Shown here in pieces: positions 33,121-45,682 of a stretch of DNA of 64,000 nt (position 1 is its first letter; every line of letters begins with the position of its first letter). A program made the translations under genes and the position numbers. This DNA comes from Malacoraja senta. Its lineage: Eukaryota. The notes beneath the pieces are model-generated. The model ran no database searches, was not told the DNA's origin, and saw nothing but the letters and a program-made list of their open reading frames with translations. Where the stretch lies: assembly GCA_038087875.1 (NCBI GenBank), contig CM075993.1, positions 11,038,001 through 11,102,000 of the forward strand, read 5' to 3'.

Positions 33121-34689
33121 TTTCCGTGACCTGGTGTCTGCCACTGAATTAAGTTTACCTGGTAGGTAAATAGCAGATATCCAAATGTTTCTCTGGATAC
33201 ACCATTGCCAGATTGAATTGGCAAGATCATCACATGATATCGATCTGATTCCACCCATGTGATTAATATAAGCCACCACAGTGGTATTATCTATTTGCAG
33301 GCGAACATGCAAATGATGCATTTTTGAACAGTACGCCTTCAAACCATGGAATGCTCCCAACATTTCCAAATAATTCATACCAAGTGTATAAAGCATCCCA
33401 TCTGCCCCCACAACTGGAGATGGTGTTGGTGGCACCCCAACCTTGAGCGCTGGCATCAGTCTGTAATTCAACTGACGGGTTGCTAATAATAATGGAGCTG
33501 TAGGAACGCCGAATGTTATGTGTCCACCATCGCAGTTCCAAAATAGCTTTTGTTGGTAATTGCATTGGTCTATCGAAATGACCAGCATGATGTTTAAGTG
33601 CTCGCACCTTTGCTCTCTGTAAATTTTGATAGTGCAAAGGTCCAAAGTGTGTCGCTGGAAAAGCAGCTACGATTTTGCCAATTACCCTTGCTACTAGTCT
33701 GATAGATGGTTGACTGATGACAGCAAGGTTGCTGCAAACTTCCATTAATTCAGTTGCCTTTCCCCTAGGTAAAGTCACAGTCATGTGAACTGAATTAATG
33801 GTGAATCCCAAATAATCCATAGTCGTGGATGGTGTTAACTTTGATTTATCTGGATGTCTGATAAACCCTAGTTTCTCAAATAGACCTATGGTAGCTGTAA
33901 CAGCTAATAGGCTAATTCATAGGTTTTACCCACGATTAGTATGTCATCTAAATACGCCATGACTATATGTTTTTGTTTCCGAAGAACCGCCATAGCTGGT
34001 TTCAGTAATTTAGTGAATAATCTGGGGGCTGAGGTCAACCCATTAGGTAATGCTTTGTACTGCCAAAGCTGCCCCATCCAGTTAAACTTCAGATATCGGC
34101 GGTGATCCTTGTGTATGAGCACCGAATAGTATGCATCTTTTAAATCGATGTATGCCATGAAGTAGCCTTCGGAAATCAACTGTTTGGCCGTGACAAAGGT
34201 TTCCATTTTGAAGTGAGTATACTGCACAAATGTGTTAAATTGTCTTAAATCAATAATGCTGCGACATCCACCATCTTTTTTCTTTTTTGTGAACATGTTT
34301 GACACAAATTCTTGAGACTCATGTTGAGATTTCTCAATTACACCCTTAGTATAAAGCCTCTTAATTTCAGCATTACCATCCAACTTCTCTTGTTGTGATA
34401 GAATAAATGATCTGATGGGCGCATGCTGAACCGGAGGAAGGCGTTTGTTTTCTAATTCAATTTCATACCCTTGAACACTATGCAGTATATAAGAATCAGA
34501 GGTTATTGATCTCCATGCCTCACTGAACCAGTGTAACCCACCACCAACAAGTGTACCCATTGCACCCGCTAAGTCCTGCGAGGATCCAGACCCACCTACC
34601 TCCATGGTTACCAGTGGGGTGTTCATCTCTTTTCCTTCTGCTTCTTGGCCGATTGAGGTGCTGGAGTTCGTGGTTGGCGCATCTTCCAC
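33100..34689 (-). pseudogene. DIRS reverse transcriptase and RNase H, with stops and frameshifts
   Basis: IDLKDAYYS, LPNGLTSAPRLFTK, AYLDD, YLGF, LQTDAS..GWGA, NYLEM, IDNTT..YIN, YLPGKLNSVAD. Confidence 0.92.
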
Positions 34690-34711
34690 GAAGGTCGCTC
34701 TGGGCCGCAGT

Positions 34712-36381
34712 CTAAAAAAGACCTTTGTCCTTGAGCTGCGGCCTTCGAGCTTTCACCAGCTTCGATGTGACGTGGCCTGCTGGTGGATGCGTAGGGGTGC
34801 TGTCGCCGAGGTATTTTCCCCGATGCCTTGATGAGCCCGCCGGCTTTCGCCTCTTCATCCAGGTCTTTAACCTGTTTGGACAGGTTGCCCCCAAATCACA
34901 AAATTGGCGGCGGTGTGGTGTTGGTCTTACACAGAGCCGCAAATTTGGGGTTCAAGTCAAGTCAAGTCAAGTGAGTTTATTGTCATGTGTCCCTGGTAGG
35001 ACAATGAAATTCTTGCTTTGCTTGAGCACAACAGAACATAGTAGGCATTTACTACAGGCATTCTATAAATATATACACAATGGTCAATATACTGATAAAT
35101 GCAAATAACAGTATTGGCTAGTAAAGTTCAGTGTTATGTCCGAGCCAGGTTTAATAGCCTGATGGCTGTGGGGAAGTAGCTGTTCCTGAACCTGGTCGTT
35201 GCAGTCTTCAGGCTCCTGTACCTTCTACCTGAAGGTAGTAGGGAGATGAGTGTGTGGCCAGGATGGTGTGGGTCCTTGATGATGCTGCCAGCCCTTTTGA
35301 GGCAGCGACTGTGGTAGATCCCCTCGATGGTGGGGAGGTCAGAGCCGATGATGGACTGGGCAGTGTTTACTACTTTTTGTAGTCTTTTCCTCTCCAGGGC
35401 GCTCAAGTTGCCGAACCAAGCCACGATGCAACCGGTCAGCATGCTCTCTACTGTGCACCTGTAGAAGTTAGAGAGAGTCCTCCTTGACAAACCGACTCTC
35501 CGTAATCTTCTCAGGAAGTAGAGGCGCTGATGTGCTGGGCGGATGGAGTTCTTACGGAAACAGTTAATCTCGAACTGTGTATTGCAGAGCATCGCCAGCG
35601 TATCTGTCATTTCCGTGTCATCCACCGACCGGGCAAATGCTGTAATCCCAGTTGTTAAAAGTTTAAGGATTTTCTGCATTTGTACCTCCTGTGCCCTTAC
35701 ACCTGCACCAATATGTCCCCAGATGGAGGGATTCACTACTGGGACATTCAGTGAAGTACAGTTCCCTGGTGCCAGGTATTTTGCAGTAGTTTCATTAACT
35801 GCCTGTTCTTGTAATTGATGGGTTTATAGGTAGTCAATGCTGGCTGCTAGTTGTTGTTTCAGCGGCTGCCCTGACTGTGGAGGCACCGCAAACTTTTTCA
35901 CCATGCCCAGCATCTTCTCTTCTGGCACCCTCAGCACACTTGAAGTCTCTTCAGCCAACCCTTGTTCGGAGTCAGCCCAGAAATGACTCCCAATGCTCCC
36001 CTCTGTCGAGGGAGATACATTGTGCAGCCCTGAAAAAGGTACTGCCATGGGCTTCCTCAGAAGCCCTTAGTGACTTGACTCCTGCTCACGGAGTTTGTCA
36101 CGGTGAAGCAATTGCTCCACCAGCCGCTCCAGACGTGTAATGCGACTACTGTCGCTGTCTGCCGGCGGCGTTTGCTCATGGCCCAACACATCGGAGTCCA
36201 TGAGCATATTGTCGTTCGTGTCAGCCTGTGGCGACCCAGGCTGCACAGGTGCCGGGACAGAGACCGCTGATCGCAAAGATTGCGATGCTGCAGTCGGCCG
36301 CTGCTGGCTCCCGGTACTTCCGCGGTCCTCCTCAGCCAGTTTCTTAGCGGCCCGTTTGGACTTGGTACGGGTCCTGTCCAT
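34712..36381 (-). pseudogene. DIRS gag-like ORF1, broken and interrupted by a Rex1 fragment
   Basis: Starts MDRTRTKSK (ATG at 36381), includes ITRLERLVEQLL; NSIRPA before and NPKFAALC after the insertion; lies upstream of RT. Confidence 0.6.
34953..35536 (-). mobile_element. Rex1/Babar LINE 3' fragment inserted in DIRS gag
   Basis: HQRLYFLRRLRR..LLPSGRRYRSLK..RFRNSYFPTAIRLLN; TGACAATAAA plus (CTTGA)n tail. Confidence 0.85.
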
Positions 36382-36884
36382 CGTTGTCCTTCCTGGAACA
36401 GAAAGACACACGAAAAACGACCTCAGAGTAAGAAACTTACCTGTAGGTCTCTGTTTTAAGCTTACCGCTGCGGGGAGCGTTCCCCCCCCCCCGCCTGTCG
36501 CTCTCAATTGTGCTCGCGATATGTCGCACATGCGCCCTGGCGGGCTCTTCACGTAGTCACTCACGCGACTCCGAAGTAAAATGGTATAATTATAAGGGCG
36601 TATCTCAAGGGTGAAATTAGGAAAAATATTTCCTGCATTGGGTAGTGAAAATCTGCAATATTTTCCTGAAAGATTGTGGTAGTTGGGAAGATAGAGGGCA
36701 AAGACAGATGGATTGGAATTGGGTTCAGGTAGAGAGGGCAGTGTGGATGAATGGCAATGAGGTATTGATGAGCCAGGATCTTGGCCAATGATGGAGCAAC
36801 TTCAATGGGCTAAATGGCCTCTGCCGATATTCTTCACAGGTCTGAAGGGCTGAATGAACAAAGAACATAGAACAAAGGACATAG

Positions 36885-37418
36885 ATCCAAATCTGAGGAA
36901 GGACATTATAGCCATAGAGGGAGTGCAGAGAAGGTTCACCAGACTGATTCCTGGGATGTCAGGACTTTCATATGAAGAAAGACTGGATAGACTTGGCTTA
37001 TACTCGCTAGAATTTAGGAGATTGAGAGGGGATCTTATAGAAACGTACACAATTCTTATGGGGTTGGACAGGCTAGATGCAGGAAGATTGTTCCCGATGT
37101 TGGGGAAGTCCAGGACAAGGGGTCACAGCTTAAGGATAAGGGGGAAATCCTTTAAGACCGAGATGAGGAAAAACTTTTTCACACAGAGAGTGGTGAATCT
37201 CTGGAACTCTCTGCCACAGAGGGTAGTTGAGGCCAGTTCATATTTAAGAGGGAGTTAGATGTGGCTCTTGTGGCTAAGGGGATCAGGGGGTATGGAGAGA
37301 AGGCAGGTACGGGATACTGAGTTGGATGATCAGCCATGATCATATTGAATGGCTGTGCAGGCTCGAAGGGCCGAATGGCCTACTCCTGCACCTATTTTCT
37401 ATGTATCTATGTATCTAT
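36885..37418 (+). mobile_element. CR1 LINE 3' end
   Basis: PNLRKDIIAIEGVQRRFTRLIPG..; very similar to 13088-13630. Confidence 0.9.
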
Positions 37419-38192
37419 GAACAGTACAGCCCAGGAACAGGCCTTTCGGCCCACAATGTTTGTGCCAAACATGGTGCCAACAGATGGGACATGTTGGTCA
37501 GTGTGGGCAAGTTGGGCCAAAGGGCCTGTTTACACACTGTATCACTCTATGACTCCATTCAGAAACAAAGATACAGTACCACAAAGAGGTTGACTTTGAC
37601 TCGAGTACAGTTAATGGAAAGATGGGAATATTGAATTATTAGTCGGGGCACCTCAAGCTGCACCTCACAAGCAGCTTGCACTTGTACTGGGAAATAATAA
37701 TTCATGCGCTCAGAATACTATTAATATGTACAATGGAGCCTTGTATTAAACATGTCACTCACAGAGGGGCAGTGATACATTTTGAGTGACTACTCCATTT
37801 GAAATCTCTATTTAAAAAGCCATATTCTGTCATTTCTTATGAATCAACCTTGTAATTATTTCGGAGCGGGGAGGCTGTAAGGATTTAACTCACGATGTCC
37901 TTTCCAATGTTTGCCCACAGCTAAAGTGCAGCGTAGCAGCACCAGTGATTAATCCTCTGCCTTCAGCGCTGAACAGGAGCTCCTTTTCATTGCAAAGGCA
38001 ATCAGTGAGATGGAAAGTTTGCTGCTGCTGCCAAATGGTTAAAGCAGTGGTTTGGGCAAAGAGTTCACAGACAGAGCTCGTGTGGGACCCACTCATCTCC
38101 GAATGGATTCACACTCCCCGCTCCTCCCCACAGCAAAGTCAAACGGGAAGCTCTCACTGAATCTCAAACAATCCCAATCAATGATCAAATCA

Positions 38193-38738
38193 AATGAACT
38201 TCTACAGGTGCACAGTAGAGAGCATGCTGACCGGTTGCATCGTGGCTTGGTTCGGCAACTTGAGCGCCCAGGAGCGGAAAAGACTGCAAAAAGTCGTAAA
38301 CACACTGCCCAGTCCATCATCGGCTCTGACCTCCCTACCATCGAGGGGATCTATCGCAGTCGCGGCCTCAAAAAGGCTGGCAGCATCATCAAGGACCCAC
38401 ACCATCCTGGCCACTCACTCATCTCCCCGCTGCCTTCAGGTAGAAGGTACAGGAGCCTGAAATCTGCAACATCCAGGTTCAGGAATAGCTGCTTCCCCAC
38501 AGCCATCAGGCTATTAAACTCAACTCAAACAAAACTCTGAACATTAATAGCCCATTGCACTTTATCTGCTTATTTATGTGTGTATATATATATATTCAAT
38601 AGTATATGGACACAATGTTCTGTTCTGTATTTATTCATGCCTACTATATTCTGTTGTGCTGAAGCAAAGCAAGAATTTCATTGTCCTATCTGGGACACAA
38701 ATCTGGGACAATAAACTCTCTTGTATCTTGAATCTTGA
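38193..38738 (+). mobile_element. Rex1/Babar LINE 3' fragment
   Basis: NFYRCTVESMLTGCIVAWFGN..PSGRRYRSLKSATSRFRNS; ACAATAAA plus TCTTGA-like tail. Confidence 0.85.
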
Positions 38739-39484
38739 AGCATCAATCGCCCTCGAGTTTTAGTTTCGAGATACTTTGTTGAAACAAGGCCTTACGGCCC
38801 CTTGAGTCCACGCCGACCATCGATCACCCATTCACACCAGTTCCACGTTATCCCAATTTTACAGAAGCCTATTAACCTACAAACCTGCATGTTTTTGGGA
38901 TGTGGGAGGAAACCGGGGCACCCGGAGAAAACCCACACGGTCATAGGGAGAATGTACAAACCTATACATACATCTTTGGAGCGTGGATGGAAACCCAAGC
39001 GCCAGGAGAAAACCCACGCAGTCACGGGGAGAACGTACAAACTCCGTGCGGATAGCGCCCGTAGTCAGGATCGAACCTGGGTCTCTGGCGCTGTGAGGCA
39101 GCAACTCTACTGCCCTGAGTGTCAGGGAGGGTGCACTCAATCTCACCTCATGAAGCCTTTCCAATACAATTCATTCATCCACTGCCATTGCTAAAATAAA
39201 TCATTGATCATTAGTGGGGTGGGTTGAGGAGAGACTTTTGGGCAAGTTAGGACATTGTGACCACGGGATCTTTAACACATACGTTTAAGGTGAGAGGTGA
39301 AATATTTAATGGGAACCTAAGGGGCAATATTTTCACACAGAGAGTGGTGGGTATATATAACTAGTTGCCAGAGGAGGTATTTGAGGCAAGTACAACAACA
39401 GCAACGTCCTTTGAATAGATACATGGATAGGAAAGGTTTAGAGGGATATGGACTGGATGCTGGCAAATGGAAGCATAGGGTATA

Positions 39485-39935
39485 TATGTTTTTTTATTAA
39501 CTAAAAATAATTGTAATCAACTATTTAAAAATATACAGCAGAAAAATACAAACAAACCCACCACCAAAATACAAAATAAAGCAAAAATTATTAAATATTA
39601 AATCACTATTTCCCCATCATTACTGAGGATACATTCCCCCCCCCCCCCCCCACACCACCCCCGCGGTGCCCATCGGTCCCGGAAATCCCCCAGGGTGCTC
39701 GTGGACAGCGCGTAGTCCCACTCTAACACCACCTGGGTGCGGACGTAACCCCGGAAAAGGGGCAGGTAGCCGCCTGGCACCGTGACTCGCGGATGGCCAG
39801 CTTGGCCAGGCGCAGGAGCAACCCAAACCAGGACATCCTCGGCCCTACCCACTCCCCTACGCACAGGGTGTCCAAAGATGAGGGTGGTGGGTGTGAGGTG
39901 CAGCCAGAAGGCAAAGAGCAGCCCCTTCAGATATT
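39485..39935 (-). mobile_element. Tx1-clade LINE 3' end
   Basis: LAKLAIRESR..LPLFRGYVR..DFRDRWAPRG with AT-rich 3' UTR; related pieces at 48650-48830 (+) and 49135-49570 (-). Confidence 0.6.
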
Positions 39936-40474
39936 GGAACAGGGGCTAAGGCATCTATGTTGGCATGGAGAAGCTGGGCCGAATGGCCTGTTTCCATGCT
40001 GTATAACTCTATAACTCTATAACACTCATATTCATAGTTGGGTGAGGCATTGGGCGTACATTTAACACCTCATCTGCAGAGGAAGTTCCTGTGGTATTTT
40101 TTTTATCAGTGTAGAGGATTCTAACACGGGAAGGCATTGGTTTAAAGTGTGAGGGGAGGGGTTTAAACTGGACCTGAGTGGTAACTATTTCACTCGGAGG
40201 GTAGTACATATCTGGAATGGATTGCCAGAGGAAGCTACCGAAGCAGATACAGTTACAACGTTCAAAAGACATTTGGACAGATACATGGATAGGAAGGGTT
40301 TAGTCTTTAGTGGATATGGGTCAAATGTGGGCAAATGGGGCATCAGAATGCCAGGATGGCATGGCTTAAGTGAACACACATGCTTTTTCCTAAGTGACTG
40401 AACCTTTTATTCCTCTGGAGTAGGGAATCGGACAATACTGAGAAGCAACATTTGGACGTCCTGACGCTAGCTTT

Positions 40475-40772
40475 AATTTTAGTTTAGTGTAGAGATACAG
40501 CATGGAAAGAGGTCCCTTGGCCCATTGAGTCCACACCGACCAGCGATCCCCGCACATTAACACTATCCTACACACACTAGGGACAATTTACAATTATACC
40601 AAGCCAATCAACCTACATACCTGCACGTCTTTGGAGTGAGGGAGGAAACCGGAGCTCATGCAGGTCACAGGGAGAAGGTACAAACTCCATACTGGCAGCA
40701 CCCATAGTCAGGATCGAACTCAGGACTCTGGCGCTGTGAGGCCGCAACTCTACCGCTGTGCCACCGTGCCGG
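40475..40772 (-). mobile_element. HE1-like V-SINE
   Basis: Reverse-complement SINE with head GGCACGGTGGCACAGCGG. Confidence 0.82.
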
Positions 40773-41884
40773 TGTAATGTGATGATGCCTCCACCAGGGG
40801 AGGGTGGAGGCATCACCACCTCATGTCTTCCAAAGAGACCAACCCTCACTCTCCTCAGCTCCAAAGAGTATCGACCAGTCTACTTGACCTTTCCTCATTT
40901 GATAGAACCTTCACCTTAGCAATCAACCTAATGAAATGTAGACGCAAGGAACTGCAGATGCTGGTTTACCAAAAAAAGACACAAGGTGCTGGAGTAAGTC
41001 AGCGGGTCAGGCGGCATCCTGGAGAAAAGGATGGGTGATGTTTTGTCTTCTGAAGAAAGGTTCCGAACTTCCGACCCAAAATGTCAGCTATTCTTTTTCT
41101 CCAGAGATGCTGCCTGACCCGTTGAGTTACAAAGTGTCGTTTTGGGTTGAGACCCTTGTTGCACTTTTTCTTGGAGATTGCAGATCTCTCCTTGCTCCTA
41201 ACAATTAAGGAAAGGGAAGTGAATGTGCTGAGCTGATTTGCAGATGATAGAAAAGTAGGTGGGGAGGTATATTGTGAGGAAGATGCAGATGGTTTACTGA
41301 GGGATATCGATAGGTTGTGTGAAAGGGCAAGAAGGTAGTGAATGGAGGAAAGGTGGGAAAAGGTGAGGTTGCTCACTTTGGAAGGAGGATGATGAAGATT
41401 ATTTCAGTAGAGAACGTCCGCAGGACATTATATTCTTCACTCTGGTATTTTCTCTTTACACTACATGTTGTACATGATTATATGTGTAGGAAGGAACTGC
41501 AGATGCTGGTTTAAACCGAAGAGAGACACAAAAAGCTGGAGTAACTCAGCGGGACAGGCAGCATCTCTGGAGAGAAGGAATGGGTGACGTTTCAGGTCGA
41601 GACCCTTCGTCAGACGGTACTTGATTGTAGTTTAGTTTAGAGTTAGTGTGGAAACAGGCCCTACGGCCCATTGAGTCAACGCTGACCAGCGATCCCCGCA
41701 CTTGTGTATAGTGACTTAGTTTAGTTTAGTTTATTTTATTTTATTTTATTTTATTTTATGTTATTTTATTTTATTTTAGTTTAGCTTAGTTTAGAGATAC
41801 AACCTACATCTTGACTGTATGGCACATGTGCAAGGTGTTTCACTGTGCCTCGGTACATGTGACATTATTAAACCAAAACCTTTA

Positions 41885-42215
41885 TAACCCTGTCCCACGG
41901 TACGAGTTCATTCCAAGAGCTCTCCCGAGTTTTAAAAAAATCAAACTCGTGGTAAGCACAGAGAATGAACGTAGCGGGTACGTCGGAGCTCGGGGACGTC
42001 TCTTAGCGGCTCGTAACGCCAACGGCAGGTACTTTGGAAGACTCGCTAACGGCAGGTAAGCTCGGGAAGACTCGTGAAGATTTTTCAACATCTTGAAAAA
42101 TGTCCACGAGAGCCCCGAGTACTTACAAGTGGCCATTACCGTAAATCTCCGAGTTCGAATCAGGGCAAACTTGGGAGGGCTCTTGGATTGAACTCGTACC
42201 GTTGGGACAGGGCTT
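41885..42215. mobile_element. MITE family A, second copy (inverted relative to 28866-29195)
   Basis: Same TIR and internal sequence; TTA TSD at 41882-41884 and 42216-42218. Confidence 0.88.
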
Positions 42216-42589
42216 TTAGGCTTTAGACTTTAGAGATACAATTCAGAAACAGGCACTTCGTCCCACAGAGTCCACTCTAATCAGCAATCACGTACACAGA
42301 TGCATGTCTAGAAAGGGGATGAGGAGTTTCTTTAGTCAGAGGGTCGTGAATTGTGGAATTCATTGTCACTGACGACTATAGAGGCCAAGTCAATGGATAT
42401 GTTTAATGCAGAGATAGATTGATTCTGGATTAGTGTGGGTGTCAGGGGTTATGGGGAGAAGGCAGGAGAAGGGTGTTGAGAGGGAAAGATAGATCAGCCA
42501 TGATTGAATGGCGGAGTAGAATTGATGGGCCGAATAGCCTAATTCTGCCCCAATTACTTATGAATTGGGAAATTTTTGAAATGTCAACA

Positions 42590-44514
42590 ATTTCATCTTT
42601 GGTCGCACAGTTACAGTTGAAACCGACCACCAACCTCTTATCAGCATTTTCAATAAACCTATTCATAACTCTCCAGCACGCCCACAACGGATGTTACTAC
42701 AGTTTCAAAAATATGACATCGGCCTCACCTACAAACGTGGAAAGGATATGCACCTGGCAGACACTCTTTCACGTGCACCTCGGAAGACCTGCGAGGATCT
42801 GCCCTCACAGGATGACGACTTTATCGTGATGTCCGTATCCTTCATCCCTTCATCATGGATGGAGGACTTAGTTGCCCACACTGCCACCGACAGGACCCTA
42901 CAGTCACTAACTTCTGTCATTAAGCGTGGCTGGCCAGACAAGCACCACAATGTTCCTTTGCCAGCCCAACCTTTCTTCCCTGTTCGGGACGAATTAGTGC
43001 TGCAAGGCGGGATTGTTTTAAAAGGACACAAGGCCGTGGTTCCTGCTTCGCTGCATCACCTGTATTTTGACGCTGTCCATGCAGGACACCCAGGCGCTGA
43101 AGCCACTGCTTCACAGGCGAAAAGATGTTTTACTAGCCTGGCATGGCCGAATACATCAACAACAATGTTGCAGCTTGTGCTGTGTGCAATAGCATGGCAC
43201 CCCATCAACAAAAGCATCCACTTCTGCCACATCCTGTACATGGTCTACAGTGGCAGCTGATTTATTTGAGTGGCACGGCAAGCAGTACCTGGTGCTCGTG
43301 GATTCGTATTCAGGGTGGTTCGACATTGATTTTCTCAGCAGCCCCACTTCCAGCGGCGTGTTTTCGAAATTATCTCGTCATTTTTCAATCCATGGATCTC
43401 CAGGCAAGCTGTTGACTGACAATGGCAGTCTGTTCACCAGCCAACAATTCAGAGAGTTTACCAGACGATGGAATTTTCACCACATCACCAGCAGCCCTGA
43501 GTATCCACAGTCTAATGGGCTGGCTGAACGGGCTGTCGGTAGTGTTTAACAACTCATGGAGCGCTCTCACAGGGCCAAGTCTGACTTATTCCTAGATTTG
43601 CTCAACTTCCGCAACATTTCCCGTGACCCTGCCTTGGGTTCCCCTGCTCAACGATTATTGTCAAGGCAGACCTGTACCCCGTTGCAGAACAAACGTTAGT
43701 CCCACATGCCTTTCCACCTGAGAATATTCAAACCAGGTTACGACAGAAGCGTGACATTAAAAAAAATGGTTCGACAAGATGAGCAGGCCTCTGCTGCCAT
43801 TGACCAAAGGACAGGTGGTCCGCTTACAGACTGACAAAGGCCATGAGTGTGTTGGGGTGATTTCTGGTCTAGCTTCGGAGCCACGCTCGTACATTGTTAG
43901 AGCCGATGGCGGCACCTACCGGCGAAACAAACAACATCTTCTGCCTGTGAAGGAGCCAATCCCTCCCTATTATCCGGATCGTACAAGTTAATTTCAATCT
44001 GCATCTGGTGCCCCTCACATGCTCTTGCCAGCACAACAATCCATGCCTGTGACAGTTCCTCTGTCTGTCCCATCTTCGCCTGCGCCACAGTCTCCTGCTT
44101 CGACCCAAGAGGCGTTGGTCCACTCCCCCACGGTGCTGAAACCACCAACTCTGTCCCCGGGGAAGAGGAATGGAGATGGCCTCTATCGTACACAGGCCGG
44201 TCGTGAAGTATCCGGACTATGTTTGACTTTACATACGTTTGTCATTGGTTGTGATTTTTGCTTTCCTTAGTTATAGTGCTATTGATTCTTTAAGAGGGAG
44301 GGTGTACATTAGTGGCTCATGTTATGAGTCATGCTTTTGTAGTTACGCCCACTAGCTTATTAGCGTCGTGAGCTACTGCACTCTTCAGTATGAAGTTAAC
44401 TCTCAAGTAAGAGCTTGTAGTTGTTTATTGTAAATAAACAGTGTATAACCTGACATGGTGTGAGGTATTTATTATTACAAGGACTCAAAACCAACATGGT
44501 GTCAGAAGTGGGAT
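42590..44514 (+). mobile_element. Gypsy fragment: RNase H end, integrase, PPT, LTR and PBS
   Basis: VETDHQPL, ADTLSRAP, VHAGHPG..CAVC, AADLFEW..VDSYS, TDNGS, SNGLAERAV, with frameshifts; homologous to the 14316-18302 protein. Confidence 0.9.
44303..44496 (+). repeat. LTR of second Gypsy family
   Basis: 194 bp TG...CA with internal AATAAA, bracketed by PPT AAGAGGGAGGG (44292-44302) and PBS TGGTGTCAGAAGTGGGAT (44497-44514). Confidence 0.85.
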
Positions 44515-45374
44515 AACATAGAACTCGTGTACAGATGACTAATAGACACAAAATGCTGGAGTAACTCAGCGGGTCAGACAGCATCTGTGGAGAAAAACGA
44601 TGGGTGAAGTTTCAGGTCGGGATCCTTGTACAGACTTCAGTTTCTTTGTCCTGACCCGAAACGTCACCCATCCTTTTTCTCGAGGGATGCTGCCTGACTC
44701 GCTGAGTTACTCCAGCACTTTGTATCTATCTTTGGTATAAATCAGCATCTGCAGTTCCTTGTTTCTACAGATGATTGAAGGTAGGCCTGGACTCGGTGGG
44801 CTGAACGGCCTGTTTCCATGTTGTATCAAGAAACATAAAAACAGATTGTAAAGCTTCTAGAAAGACACAAAAAGCTGGAGTAACTCAGCGGGTCAGGTAG
44901 CATCGCTGGGGAAAAGAAATAGATGGTGTTTCAGATGGAAATCCTTCTTCCGACTGAGAGTCAGGTGAAAGTGAAACGGAGACGGAGACGGTGCAGAGGT
45001 CACCTCTGAAGAAGGGTATCGGGTTGCCTATTGCCTTCGCTCCATAGATGCTGCTGCACCCGCTGAGTTTCTCCAGCACTTTTGTCTACCTGCAGAGGAC
45101 AAATGAATGAACGATATGCACAAAGCAACGATGATCAAGGAAACGTCACCTATTCCGTTTCTCCAGAGATGCTGCCTGACCCGCTGAGTTACTCCAGCTT
45201 TGAGTATCCAACCCGTTCAATGTTCCCTCCGAAGACACCCCCTCCATACCCAGAAGTGCGTTCAACGTGAATGCATCTTCCACTAAGCAAGGTGACCAAA
45301 ACTGTCCACAGCACTTTAATGTGATGCCCACTGGAGACTTTTCAGTTGCAATAAGACATTATTATTTTTAGTCC

Positions 45375-45682
45375 AGTTTAGTTTAGTTTAGAGTTTTAGT
45401 TTACAGCACGGAAACAGGCCCTTCTGGCCACCGAGTCCGCACCGACCAGCGATCCACGCACACTAACACTATCCCACACACACTAGGGACAATTTACAAT
45501 TATAATAAGCCAATTAGCCTACAAATGTCTTTGGAGGGTGGGAGGAAACCGAAGATCTCGGAGAAAACCCACGCAGGTCACGGGGAGAACGTAAAACTCC
45601 GTACAGACAGCATCTGTAGTCAGGATCGAACCCGGGTCTCTGGCGCTGTGAGGCAGCAACTCTACCGCTGCAGCCCCACGTG
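45375..45682 (-). mobile_element. HE1-like V-SINE
   Basis: Reverse-complement SINE with tandem tail. Confidence 0.82.

Larger units (their letters stand above)
31217..36582 (-). mobile_element. Full-length DIRS-type tyrosine recombinase retrotransposon (decayed ORFs)
   Basis: 38-bp inverted core repeats (31290-31327, 36518-36555), unique terminal extensions, internal complementary region 31433-31545, AAT at both ends; gag-RT-RH-MT-YR order. Confidence 0.95.
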
